A stretch of DNA of 64,000 nucleotides from Octopus vulgaris (lineage: Eukaryota). The stretch lies in NCBI GenBank assembly GCA_951406725.2, contig OX597821.1:45322001-45386000 (forward strand). The letters are read 5' to 3'. The notes under the pieces were generated by a model. That model searched no databases. It was not told where the DNA came from and worked only from the letters and a program-made list of their open reading frames with translations. The position numbers and the translations under genes were made by a program. This document shows, piece by piece, positions 26,849-40,259 of the stretch. Positions within the stretch are counted from its first letter, which is position 1. Each line of letters opens with the position of its first letter.

Positions 26849-27619
26849 CAGAGGTGCGATGGGTAATTTGTCACCATGTGCATTGCTTGTTTTTGATTTT
26901 ATCGACTACACAGTTTAGTAGGGTCAGTTTGGCATCGTCTGTGAGAAAAACAGTACTATGACACAATTCGCTCAGCCAGAGATTTGGAAACGACATGCTG
27001 TACTGCGCTCGCACCTCCAGTACGAATATTTCAGAGTGTCAATCTGAAGACATGCACCGAGAGTGATAAAAATGAAGCATCCAGTCAACATCATGATGTT
27101 TGTAGTGATGGTGACGTTATGCCTTCATGCATCTTCCCACACGGCCTCAGACTTAACATGGAGGCCTATATCAAGTACCTGGAGCAAGTAGTGCTGCCCT
27201 GAGTCAAGAGCGTGGAACCTGGAAGACCCTATGTCTGACAACAGGACTCTGCACCATGCCACACAGGCAGGAGAACCCCAGTCATGACTGTCAGACAATT
27301 TCTGCGACCACACCACCCCTAACATTTGGCACCTAACTCAACCCCCTTGATTATTATGTGTGGGGCACAGTTGAGCGAGAGACCAACAAAACTCCTTGTA
27401 AGACCAAAGATGAACTGAAGGCAAGGATTATAGCAGCATTCACCAACTTAAACAAGGAGACCACCCAGAAGAGTTGAAGGAGGCACTATTGAATAAATTT
27501 ACTCTTTAGTATTTCAAGATATTTATATGTAGTTTTAGTAAATATATCTATCAAAATGAGATGTCAGTGTTATTTTCATTTTTGTGTAATTTAGACGACA
27601 ATTTATTCACCGCACCCTG
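26849..27619 (+). mobile_element. Internally deleted Tc1/mariner-superfamily DNA transposon, probably DD37D (maT)
   Basis: Imperfect TIRs CAGAGGTGCGATGGGTAATTTGTC / GACAATTTATTCACCGCACCCTG. Disrupted frame QQDSAPCHTGRRT...NIW..NS...PLDYYVWGTVERETNK...KDELKARI. The spacing of 37 requires restoring a short deletion. Confidence 0.75.
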
Positions 27620-27637
27620 TGTGTACATATGTGTGTG

Positions 27638-27669
<32 letters not shown>

Positions 27670-27715
27670 TGTATGTATGTATGTATGTATGTATGTATGT
27701 ATGTATGTATGTATG

Positions 27716-27758
<43 letters not shown>

Positions 27759-28099
27759 AGAGAGAGAGAGAGAGATAGAGAGAGAGAGAGAAGACAAGAA
27801 ATGGAGCAATAATTAACAATGCGAAGTGGATCATTGGTGTTTTAAAGTCATTGTTTAATTGTATTTGGAACCATTTACAGCTGTTTCTCTTTATCAAATC
27901 GGAGTAAATTTACATTTACCTCGTTACGTATAATAAACATCTTCAGAATGATTAGAGGGAAAAGAAAGGTGATGAAAAAGAAAAAGTTCGTTAATCTTAT
28001 ACCTTAGAACTAGGACTATACATAGTGAGGTAATACACCAGGAGTGCCTACGGATACGTCTATCCTTTAGATGGTGCATAACTTCTAACTTATATCTTG

Positions 28100-28151
<52 letters not shown>

Positions 28152-28201
28152 GCACACACATACATAAATACGCATGTAACATATGAGTGTTTATGTATAT
28201 A

Positions 28202-28290
<89 letters not shown>

Positions 28291-28336
28291 CATGCATAAA
28301 CACACACATATATACATATGTGTGTTTATGTGTATG

Positions 28337-28370
<34 letters not shown>

Positions 28371-28372
<2 letters not shown>

Positions 28373-28717
28373 TAATAATAAAGGGTGAAATTAATTAATT
28401 AGGGATAATTATCAATTACACCAAGTAGATTTCGGCATGTAAAAGCCCCATTCGAGGAAAATTTAAGTAATACTAAGTAATTAAGGGTTTAGCAACGAAT
28501 TGCCTCACCAACACACCGAATTTAGAAATAGCAGTCAAAGAGATATAGCTATTCCTTCTACTAAAAGGGGGATCTCAGTAAAAACACAGCACTGTGTTTT
28601 TACTGAGATCCCCCTTTTAGTAGAAGGAATAGCTATATCTCTTTGACTGCTATTTCTAAATTCGGTGTGTTGGTGAGGCAATTCGTTGCTAAACCCTTAA
28701 TTACTTAGTATTACTTA
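28371..28717. mobile_element. Fold-back mini-element, family HA: perfect 126-bp arms 28464-28589 and 28592-28717, in (TA)n; no hammerhead retained
   Basis: Palindrome around a CA spacer. AGGGTGAAATTAATTAATT..ATCAATTACACCAAGT and CTGCTATTTCTAA..TTCGGTGTG are homologous to 10512-11376. Confidence 0.85.
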
Positions 28718-28731
28718 TATATATATATATA

Positions 28732-29231
28732 TATATAAAACTCTAGTTGTGTGAGTGTCTGTCCCCTTCGATTTAGATTCCTAACTCCTCCCACATTTTG
28801 CGGTGCAGTTTAACCAAATTCGGGTATCTTATAGTCGTGATTCATATCGAGCCCGTCTGACTATTAGCGCGCGTCAACGATGAGTCTACGATTTTAAAAA
28901 TAATTTAACATCATTTTTTATTCCATTTTAATGCATAAAATGCATCGTGTGTCGATGGCGGCGGAGTTGGTGTCCACGCTCACAGCTGCACCTGTTTGCT
29001 TCTCCCCCTTCCCTCCCTCGTGAAGCTGTGGGGAAGGGAGTGTAAAGAAATCAACGTCGTAATGCGTTGTGAAGGAAACCAGCGTTCTTTTAGAACAACG
29101 ACTTCATGGCTTGAAGACACCAAAACAAAAATGGCTAAGAAAGCCCGAATTTATAAGGGAAGTAACTCTCTAAAAATGCTTATATAGTTATTTCCCTTAC
29201 AAACCCGAGCAACGCCGGGCGATACTGCTAG
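28732..29231 (+). mobile_element. Non-autonomous Helitron
   Basis: 3' hairpin CCCGAGCAACGCCGGG followed by CTAG|T. Homologous to 49961-50254. The 5' TC is obscured by (TA)n. Confidence 0.8.
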
Positions 29232-29848
29232 TATATATATATATTTATATGCATAAACACACATATGTGAGCATATATGTGTGTGCATATGTATATATGT
29301 ATCCTGTAACATGGACATGTGAGCAATATGAAAAGGTAATAGATCGCTCTCTGACAGAGGATTTAGCTGCAAAAAAATTGTTAGATGAGCATCTCAAATG
29401 TGCTTAAGTGATATCTTAAGCGGTTGATGAAATTATAATGCCGCTGTTGCCTTGCCTACAATGTACATATAGAGAGAAGGATTAAAATTACTAAGGCGGA
29501 CGTTGTTGTCAAATATTAAGATTTGTACATTGATAATACACTGAACAAAGTAATTGAGCAGGAGGTCAGTTAAGTACCAGACAACTAGTTGTAAGGTGTC
29601 GATGACTAGACTAAGACATCGACCACTCAACCTACCCAATTAATGTTCCTTCAAGAGAGCCTCTACACGGTCACTCGATCTGTGAAAATAGCAGTCAATT
29701 TTCCCCCAAATAGCATTCTACCAGTTTTGCAATCACTCCTCAAGAATAACCTACCAATCCGCAGGGCACTGTAGATAATGAAGTACAAGACACTGTTTGG
29801 AGAAAAAAATTACAAGGTTTATTCTACTTTTAGGGCAAGGAAATATTG

Positions 29849-30137
29849 ATTTCTTTATTGCCCACAGGGGGCTAAGCATAGAGGGGACAGACAAGGACAG
29901 ACAAAGGGATTAAGTCGATTACATCGACCCCAGTGCGTAACTGGTGCTTATTTAATCGACCCCGAAAGGATGAAAGGCAAAGTCGACCTCGGCGGAATTT
30001 GAACTCAGAACGTAGTGGCAGACGAAATACCTATTTCTTTACTACCCGCAAGGGGCTAAACACAGAGGGGACAAACAAGGACAGACAAACGAATTAAGTC
30101 GATTAGATTGACCCCAGTGCGTAACTGGTACTTAATT
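29849..30137 (-). mobile_element. Tandem pair of truncated family B SINEs, junction about 30031
   Basis: The block ATTTCTTTA...GGGGCTAA...GGGGACA...CCCCAGTGCGTAACTGGT occurs twice. Confidence 0.85.
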
Positions 30138-30590
30138 CAAGGGGTTCATACCATCAATGGGGAGTACTAGGCCAAATTACTGAGGTAGTTACGAAAGGTT
30201 ATCAAAACCAAAGGTACAGGAAAACTGACGAAAGGAGTCTTGATTCATTAGGAGAATGCTCCAGCACACAAATCCTTGCTTTCAATGACAGCTGTGCGTG
30301 ACTATGGCTTTGAACTGATTGATCACTGATTCTCCTAATTTTGTCCCATCTCGCTATCATTTCTTCCCCAACATGAAAAGACAATTGACTGGGGAGCATT
30401 GTCGCAGTGTTGACGTTATATCTACTGTTAACTTTTTTAAGCAACAAGATGAAAACTTCTTCATCAATGTAATCCAAGCAATACAACAGCGATGGAAGAA
30501 GTGTATGGATCACAAAAAGGGACTATATTGAAAAATAACCTCATTTGGTAATATTCTAGGTCAGCCTATGAACTTTTCAGCTGATTTTCG
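30138..30590 (+). mobile_element. Mariner (DD34D) transposase 3' remnant with right TIR
   Basis: HTINGEY*AKLL..LRKVIKTK..GKLTKGVLIH*ENAPAHKS...GFELIDH..SPNFVPSRYHFFPNMK...QRWKKCMD..GDYIEK*. Ends GAACTTTTCAGCTGATTTTCG|TA. Confidence 0.85.
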
Positions 30591-30803
30591 TAATGCTGAA
30601 AATATTTTGTAGGTTATAATTCATTGAACATCCAAGCAATAAGATATTTGTTCATTCTGAATACATTTTGGCAGAGTCTTCGAATTATTTCCTAGTTATA
30701 GCTATCGTCACCACGTCAATATTAACCTCAAGATTGTTGTAAAATATGAACGACCTTCTGAAAGTTGTGAAAATCCGATAATGTATGATATGAATTCGAT
30801 TGG

Positions 30804-30868
<65 letters not shown>

Positions 30869-31088
30869 ATATATGTTATCTGTGCACAATTTTGCTAGCT
30901 ATACTCTGTGTGTGCGTGTGTCTGCATGGGTGTGTATATATCTATATATATTTATATTCTATATATGTGGTTGTTCTCTAACTACCTTTCTCTCTCTCTC
31001 TCACTCTCTCTCTCCTTCTCTCTCTCACTCTCTCTCTCCTTCTCTCTCTCACTCTCTCTCTCCTTCTCTCTCTCACTCTCTCTCTCCT

Positions 31089-31119
<31 letters not shown>

Positions 31120-31132
31120 GTATATATATATA

Positions 31133-31166
<34 letters not shown>

Positions 31167-31657
31167 TGTTTGCGTGTGTGCATGTACAACTGTCTGCTTG
31201 AAAGTATGTATGTATGTGTATGTGTGTGTGTATTAATGTACAAATACAGATACACATTCGTTCTTTTATCGTTATTTTACTAATTCTTTTATTATTTTTG
31301 TGAGTTTTAGATTCCTAACTGTTACTTCATATATTCAATCCCACACTGTTTGATCAGACTTTACTTTATATACTCTTACTTCCACTCTTTCCTCCACAGA
31401 ATGTACACGTCACAGACTCAGCGACCTTAATTCCTTGAGTATATAGACACACGCATATTTGTATGTGTGAGTGTATGTGTATACACAACATATACATATA
31501 CATGTGCACACACACACACATATAAACACACATACATCACCTATATTCCATATATCTCTCTGTCACTCACTTTGTGTGCGAATGCGTATCCGTAAATATT
31601 TGTTTTTGTAGAGATGCATGTCTCTGCATGCTCATATGAGTTTGATTAGTATGTATC

Positions 31658-32085
<428 letters not shown>

Positions 32086-32274
32086 TAAGTATATATATAT
32101 ATACATACAGAGAGAGAGAGGGAGAGAGAGAAGGAAGGAGGGAAAGAAAGAGAGAAAGCGAAAGGTTAACGTATATGTATGTGAATCTTGGTATGCTGAC
32201 CTGCATGTATGTGCAAATGCTCTTTGGTTCTCCTTCATTCTGTGTAATTCAGATTTGTGTGCATGTATGTATGT

Positions 32275-32313
<39 letters not shown>

Positions 32314-32703
32314 ACTGGGTGAAAGTATTAACCCTATTGTAGTTAAAGCGACGTTCTTCTTCCTCCTTCGCTGACATCTACTCACAAATTACAAAACAAT
32401 GTTCGTTACCCAATCTTTGAAGCCAACCCCTCTGTTAAACTCTCTCAACTAAATCTCTTAGTTACCTCTCTATCCTTCAATGGTTACGGATACTGTTGTG
32501 CTAATCTCCAGGAAACACATATAGCAAATTGTAAGTGGCCACTGGAATAAAACTATGTAATACATACATATACACATACACACATACATACATGCCTACA
32601 TACATACATACGTACACACATACATATATACATGCATACATACATTCATACAAACATACATACATTCATACATACATGCATACATGCATTCATACAAGCA
32701 TAA

Positions 32704-32798
32704 ATACCCTGTTGTTGATGTTGAAATTACAATAAAGGAGCCTTGTATCTAGGTTAGAAACCGGATCTTTCTCTATTGGCCAGAAATCTTGTAATAAT
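32704..32798 (+). mobile_element. 3' UTR fragment of the R4/Dong-like LINE seen at 44955-46082
   Basis: ATACCCTGTTGTTGATGTTGAAATT...TCTTTCTCTATTGGC..AATCTTG matches 45976-46060 and follows a (CATA)n tract. Confidence 0.65.
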
Positions 32799-32829
<31 letters not shown>

Positions 32830-32875
32830 ACACCAATGTGTACGAATGTATATGTGTGTGAGGTGTGTGTGTGTT

Positions 32876-32943
<68 letters not shown>

Positions 32944-33162
32944 CGCGTTGCACTTCTCATTTTGCACTGTCACAATACCGAGGATATTAAATAACTACGC
33001 ATTAAATTACCATTTTCTTTTGACGAACTGATGGTCCAATGTGTTTATGCAATCGATTGCGTAACGATTGCCACATAGCACACCAGTATTCGCTTGTGAA
33101 ATACGTGTACAAATTATGTAATTCATGATGTTATGATAAAAAGCAAAATGCATTTCTTGGTT

Positions 33163-33558
33163 GTGGCTGTGTGGTAAGTAGCTTGCTTACCAGCCACATG
33201 GTTCCGGGTTCAGTCCTACTGCGTGGCCCCTTGGGCAAGTGTCTTCTACTATAGCCTCGGGGCGACCAAAGCTTTGTGAGTGGATATGGTAGACGGAAAC
33301 TGAAAGAAGCCCGTCGTATATATGTATATATATATATGTATGTGTATGTATATGTTTGTGTGTCTATGTTTATCCCCCCAATATCGCTTTACAACCGATG
33401 CTGGTGTGTTTACGTCCACGTAACTTAGCGGTTCGGCAAAAGTGCTCGATAGAATAAGTACTAGGCTTACAAAGAATGTCCTGGGGTCGATTTACTCGAC
33501 TAAAGGCGGTGTTCCAACATTGCCACAGTCAAATGACTGAAACAAGTAAAAGAGAAAG
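33163..33558 (+). mobile_element. Family A SINE
   Basis: Near-identical to 62484-62893. Confidence 0.9.
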
Positions 33559-33749
33559 ATATATATAAATATATACACACACATACACACACACATATGT
33601 ATATATAAATATATATATTATACATACATGCATACATATATATATATGCAGACATACACACACACATATACACACACATATATATACAGATACATATATA
33701 TACACGCTAATATCGAATAGTGAAAATGAGTGCTCGACACCGCATTGGT

Positions 33750-33960
33750 GGATAGATATCCTTGATTTGTGGATTAAGAAGGCTATCAATGGTTTCATGT
33801 CGTGAGAAATCTCTCAGCAATTACCAATCATATGGGAACGTTGGTACCCGTCTCCACTGTCGCTTTCTTTCAGCCTTCTGAATATTGAGCTATCCTTGCA
33901 ATCTAGTTTATCACGGAGCTTACCATCATTACTAATTGTACTGTCCAAATAGGCAAATTA
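33750..33960 (-). mobile_element. Decayed RTE-like reverse transcriptase fragment
   Basis: Minus-strand FAYLDSTISNDGKL resembles the F-x-YLGS-x-I-x2-DG motif that follows the LINE RT core. Confidence 0.4.
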
Positions 33961-34941
33961 GGTCCTGCTACCATGATATATGCAAACATTTTCCAATTAT
34001 AGAAATACTCAAAATCCTTTACCTCAGTGAAACTGAAATATCAGATCCTGTCCTATTGATGCCTAAAATGTGAACTTCTATATTAGAAAGATGACCACGA
34101 AAGACGGTGCAGATATCATGTTGAATTTTCCCTACTAAGAACATGTTTAAGACTAGGTGTACTCAACATATTTTTCTTCTGAAGTATTGAAAAACTTAAC
34201 TGTTTTCCTATCTCAATAAGTCTGTAATTTGAAAGATTATTTGTTATATATTTGTAGAATCTATTGACATATCATGAAACTTCACCATATATTTCATAGG
34301 TTTCATAGACGTAAATTTTGCTTATGGGGAAAATATGGTATTTCACTTTCAAATTATGACAAATTAACCAGGGATTTTAACTGATTTCCTGTTGTTCCTA
34401 TTAAATAAAATAAATGTTTGGGCAGTTTAAATTACCAATTGGTTGACATTTTATGATCTAGCTTCGTTTGCTGTGCAATACTTTCGCTTTTTATACTAAG
34501 TTCAATACTATTATTGTTGTGATGTTATAGTCAGAAGAGTTTTGTCTGACTACCCAAATTGTGAATTATTACTGTGTGAATCAAGGCGGAAAAATATTTT
34601 TTATACAAAACTTCTAAACAGGGAAGCAAAAATTTTATTGCTTGCATTAATTCTTCCCTGTTTGTTGTAAGAAGACTTTAATTTGTGAGTAATTATTTTC
34701 CGTTTTTTTTTTTTATTCGCTAACTAAGGAAATTACGACAATGTTTAAAAATACTCCACAAAAAATTCAAACGGAATCAAATACATTTTTACAATCACTG
34801 GACAGATAAAAAGAAAACAAATAATTTTTTTCCTCACAGAACGAATTTATTTCACAAGAAATAATTAATGAATTTTTTTCTGACAGAAAAGAGCATAATT
34901 TTGGATAATTTAAAGGACTCTAGTAACAACAACACTAACAT

Positions 34942-35041
<100 letters not shown>

Positions 35042-35070
35042 GCACACATACATACACACACATTCACACA

Positions 35071-35132
<62 letters not shown>

Positions 35133-36756
35133 TACACACACGCACAAACACACATACGTTTAGCCAAGGAAAAGAATGAATGTAGAGTACGAACTGAGAA
35201 TTAGGGACAGCGTTTCCTGCGTTCCTTCTTTCAGTGGAGCTAACTCGAGCCTACTGGCCCTAGATATGAATTATATGGTGGAGACGGCCTGATCGAGCTG
35301 TGAGATAGAATGGAACTGTGAGATATACATCAATTCTTTATCGAATAGCGAGAAAAATATAACTTGTTTCTGCATCTTCAAAGACATAAGGTCTTGTTTC
35401 ACCCTCCCCACCCCAAGGGGAATTACAAGCTGTTCTGGTCAATATGTGGAATAACAAACTCTCTGTTTGTCGAAGTAGACACTATGGAACAATCTGCATA
35501 ATAATCAAAACGGAGGACATGGCGAAAAAACAAAAAAACAGGCAGACGTCCAGCGTTATATACCTACTCAGTAGTTTGTTCCACGTCATAATGAGAGATG
35601 CAACAGAGGTCTCCGGTAAAGAATGTTGTGAATGGTACACACCGTTGGCTTGTCATCACTTTTGTGACAGAGTTCTGGTAGGAGGTAAGCGCCGAAGTAA
35701 CCAAAACCGGCATATAGTTGAGTGGAATCTACATGGATATGCAAATCAGAACTGTTTCTCGAAGACTATTGAGTAATTTCAAAGAAATAAAGACAAAAGA
35801 TTAATAGTTCAGTAGAGAAAGCCCAGCTGATAAATTCACCTAAAGGGTTTTTTTTTGCCTGGGGGACTAGAAAGGCAGAGGAAGAGAGAAAAACAGCAGA
35901 AACAACAACAGCAAAAAACCTCCAGAAGTTGCTGTTCCAATGGCAAACGAAGCTCTAGAAACGACTGTGGAGATAACCTCGTTCTCGGTCCCAGAAGCCG
36001 ACAAGATCGAAGCCTCCCTCACATTCGTACCATTCTAGCCTCATGCAACAATGGAGAGTAACTGGAGGTTAAAGATGGGTGGGAGAGAAAGAAAAAATGA
36101 AGAACAAAAATGAAGAACAAAAAAAGAACGAACGAAAAATGCATTCAGAAGACAGGGACATTACTCAAGAGGATGAAATAAAAGCAACTTACATTAAGGC
36201 TGGGCCTTTATAAAGCTGATAGGAAGGAAGAAGGTTTCGGGTCGATTCATCTGAGTCAGGTAAAAATAAGATGCTTATGAAAGCTGCTTCAATGATTTAA
36301 CACGGTGAAACAATACTCAGAGAACGGTAACTGTTAATACTAAAATGTTTACGGAGGTCTTTGGATGCATCCAGTTTTAACACAGCGAGTTGTAGGCAAG
36401 CAGAAGAGTGGGGGTATTGTGAGTCACTTTAGTTGTTGGGTTCTTATTCGTGTGTGACTGGCTTAGCTTATCTTTAATTCGTATTCCTTTTATTAAAATA
36501 TACTTTTAAATTTATGTGCAATTTTAAACAATTGTCTATTCTCTGTTTAATTTATATCAAACTTCTAACATCTCCTTTACATACACACACTCGCGCTTCT
36601 ACCCACACGCACACTCCCTTTCAAACACATGTTATAATGTATTCATCCCTTCTCTCGTTTTTATAAAGCTGGTTTTGTCCGCCTCCATACATTTGTTACT
36701 CCTATAGCTACGTTTTCTTTTCATGGTCTATATATGAAAAACTACTATGCGGAAAA

Positions 36757-36757
<1 letters not shown>

Positions 36758-36831
<74 letters not shown>

Positions 36832-36865
36832 CACCACCACCACCACCACCACCACCACGACGACG

Positions 36866-36919
<54 letters not shown>
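36758..36919. repeat. Compound (ACT)n(ACC)n(ACG)n(ACT)n trinucleotide repeat; related (TAG)n/(CTA)n tracts at 21201-21288, 48599-48652, 61173-61241
   Basis: Directly visible. Confidence 0.95.
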
Positions 36920-36921
<2 letters not shown>

Positions 36922-37789
36922 AATAATATAATTTTCCTCTTAATTTTGTTTTGAGCCATATAAACTTATGTTTATATCCCTCCACCATATCAACATTAAT
37001 ATATTCATATCAACACATCGACTCATATTTTCCTCGTTCGTTCGTTTACTTATTACAGGTAGCGAATGGACCCAGTCTTTAGAACGTTTGATTTGCGGTT
37101 AGGCCCTGCGATCTCTACATTCTGAGTTCAAACGCTACCGAAGTCAACGTTATTTTTCATTCTCTCAGGATTGATATAATGGAATACTAGCCCAGAGCGG
37201 TAGATTAACGAAACTCTTGGAGTGTCGGAGAGGATATGTGACCACATTTGTTCTGACATTTAGCGTACCCGGTACTGGTAGATTTAATCCACCGCCTGGT
37301 TTAAAATCTCTTTGGGTGACTTTAGCGGTGTCTACTATGTTACAAATCTTTGGTCCAAGACTCTGGTCTTAGAATAATTTCACTCCACCAGAGTCGCTGA
37401 TGCTGAAAACATGATAATAGAGATTCATAACAGTATAAAAATCCTGTGAATTTACAAATACTGACAGTTTATTTTATCCTATTGTCTTTATAGTTTTGTG
37501 ATGTTTCTTTTGGCTCTTATTATAACACTTCCTCCTTTTAAATCCTGGCATCCAATCACCTTACCAAACTAGGGCAGCTGCAATCACGCTATAAGAAGCA
37601 AAGAAACCCCATTCTACCATTAAAAAAAATAAAGATATTAGATAATGTAACTATGGAAGCATTATCTTTGAATTTAAGATGGCATAGGAGGTCATAGTTT
37701 TACTCAGTCAGAGCTGATCTGGAACAAACAACAACAACAACAGTAAATGTGTTACTGTTGGCAGCAATAAACATCTTTATAAACTTACT

Positions 37790-38560
37790 CAATTTGGTAT
37801 GATCTAATTTGGAACTCCGTTAACTAAACCTTTGCTTCAAAGGCACTATTTTTGGCAGTTATCATGGGAATCATATGTCACTCAGTAATTTTGAAATTAA
37901 AGAAATCATGAAGGCAAAAATGCCAAAAATGCTATTGATTTCTTTTGGTAATTCCCTGAGAATAAAGAAAGATTTAATAGTTTTAGTGCGATACGAGTAG
38001 TCAGGCTCTGCTGAAATACGAAAGTTCTTTATATCTTCACATTTTGCATTTAATTGCATAATAACTTCCATTATCTACAGAGCAGTTTATACCAAGATAA
38101 CGGGTTTATTATTATACGTAATATGATTACTCAGCAGTTAAATTATTTCATAAAGAATCTCATAAAATTATTTAAAGGTTCAGACCTAAAGATTACTGTT
38201 GACATCAACATACACATTGCTAATTTTTGTAAATATATATTACATTAAAAAGCAATAGATATTCTCCCTTTAGGACACTAAACGAGACATTAAAGTTTAT
38301 AAACATAGCTTCTAATCATCCGCCTCTTACTATTAATTATTTGCTTAAAAGTATTAAAATACATTTATCCAGCATTTCATGTGATATATTTCCCGTTATG
38401 GAAACAGTTTATTATAAAACATCATTTAACCTAAGTAATAATAAAACCTAATAAATCTAAATAATAAAGTAATTAACATACACGGAAAAATAGGAAACAA
38501 AATCTAATAGCTTAAAATCCATTTAGACTTAATGTGCATACAAGTATCGTTATTGTTTTA
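37790..38560 (+). mobile_element. Decayed Penelope-like reverse transcriptase (YRDD-type)
   Basis: SLYQDNGFII...LIKLFKGSDLKITVDINIHIANF...YSPFRTLNETLKFINIASNHPPLTI...IHLSSISC...NRKQNLI matches the PLE motif order LYRDDG / L-x-IT / NFLD / YI-x3-SNHPP / RKRNII. Confidence 0.75.
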
Positions 38561-38744
38561 GAATTTTTAACAGTTATACATATATTTTTTTTACATAAAT
38601 ATGAGATGTTTTCTTTTATCAAATAGCATTTTTCATTGTCTCTGTTTGCGCATGAACAAGACTCGTTATTGGCTGTTGTTATTGACGTGTGTGTATGTGT
38701 GTATGCATGTGAGAGAGAGAGAGAGCAAGAAAAAAGCGGGAAAG

Positions 38745-38827
<83 letters not shown>

Positions 38828-39110
38828 TGGTTGTATTTCAATCACCGAGGTTTCTAAGCTATCGCTCAACTTAGTTGCACATATTTCTATGTTATCGTTC
38901 GACTTAGTTATAGTCTTTTGGAATGAAACCAGATTAAAACAGTATCAGTTGATGCCTTAAACAATATGCATAAATAATGAAATGTGTGTCACTCACAACA
39001 TACGGAATAAAATATGCGCGTATGTATGTGTATGTGGGTACCTGTGTGTATGTGTATGTTTGTCTGTGTGTGTGTATACATATATGGGTATATACATGTA
39101 TATATATATA

Positions 39111-39570
39111 TATATAAGAAAAAGGGACAGGCAAAACAATGGAAAGCTGTGCTGAAGAAGGATGTGAAATATATATGCAATGTATATGAAATATATATCA
39201 AAAATATATATGGAATATATATTCAATATGTTTATAATCCAGAAACATGATGTTCACAGATAACCGCCAGACTTCGTATTCGTTATCTATTCCTTCTGTT
39301 TTGCATATGTGAATTACAGGGTCTGTCATGCCCGGAGTCCAACTTTGATAGAAATAAGCATTCTTGACTGCTATTTCTATTTTTTCGGTATGCGGTCAAG
39401 CAACCTGTTTTGCCTGTCCCTTTTTCTTATATACAATATATATACTGAACTTTACAGAAGTTCCTGCCGGTAATCGGCTATATTTACATACCGAATTCTA
39501 CCAGTAAATAATTGGGGTTTTTTTAAAAGCCTTTATAGAAATTATTTACTCTTATTATTATATTACTATT
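39111..39570 (+). mobile_element. Hammerhead-bearing fold-back mini-element, family HA, with a 28-bp inverted arm
   Basis: 39111-39138 is the reverse complement of 39406-39433. GACTGCTATTTCTA..TTCGGTATGCGG and TTTACATACCGAA are shared with 10512-11376. TA-rich flanks. Confidence 0.75.
39141..39265 (+). ncRNA. Type I hammerhead ribozyme with a ~73-nt AT-rich helix II insertion
   Basis: GG-AAAG-CTGTG [CTGAAGA 39152-58] A-GGAT...ATCC-A [GAAA 39242-45] CAT-G-ATG TT^ CACAG-ATAA-CC. Predicted GUU cut after 39254. Confidence 0.7.
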
Positions 39571-39603
39571 TGTATATATATATATGTATATATGTGTATA
39601 TGC

Positions 39604-39663
<60 letters not shown>

Positions 39664-39734
39664 CATGTATATATGAGTATGTATATACGTATAAGAACCG
39701 CTCTCTCAGTTTCTCTTTCTCTCATTCTCAGGCA

Positions 39735-40196
39735 CGTGATTCTGGTTTCGGTTCCGCTGCATGACACTTTGAACAAGTGTCATGTTCGATAGCCTGGAGC
39801 CAACCAAAGCCTTGTGTGTAGATTTGATCGTCGGAAACTGAAAGAAGTCAAGTATACATACGTGTGATTGCGTGTAGGGCGTGCGTGTGTGTGTGTGCGT
39901 GTGTATGTGTACATGTGTGCGTGTGTGTGTCTGTCTGTCTGTGCGTGCGTGCTTGCGTATGTGTGTGTACGTGTGCGTGTGCGCATGTGCGCGCGCGTGT
40001 GTTTGTATGTATGTATATATGCATTTATGTATGTATGTATGTATGTATGTGTGTATGTATGTGTGTGTGTATGTATGTATGTTTGTCTTTGTGTCGACCA
40101 CTGCATGATAACCGGTGCTGGCTTGTTTACGTTCCCGTAAGTTAGCTGTTAGGCAAAAGAGACAGATAGAATAAGTTTAATGACTGAAACAAAAGA
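39735..40196 (+). mobile_element. Family A SINE, degenerate; similar old copies at about 4560-4710, 43655-44180, 48000-48430
   Basis: GGTTTCGGTTCCGCTGCATGACACTTTGAACAAGTGT...CCAAAGCCTTGTG...TGACTGAAACAAAAG. Confidence 0.7.
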
Positions 40197-40228
40197 TACA
40201 TACATACATACATACATACATACATACA

Positions 40229-40259
<31 letters not shown>

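Noticed and set aside
35444-36061. Possible LINE ORF1 zinc-knuckle remnant (VLVGGKRR...HGYANQNC)
   Set aside because: The CCHC spacing is incomplete and there is no adjoining ORF2.
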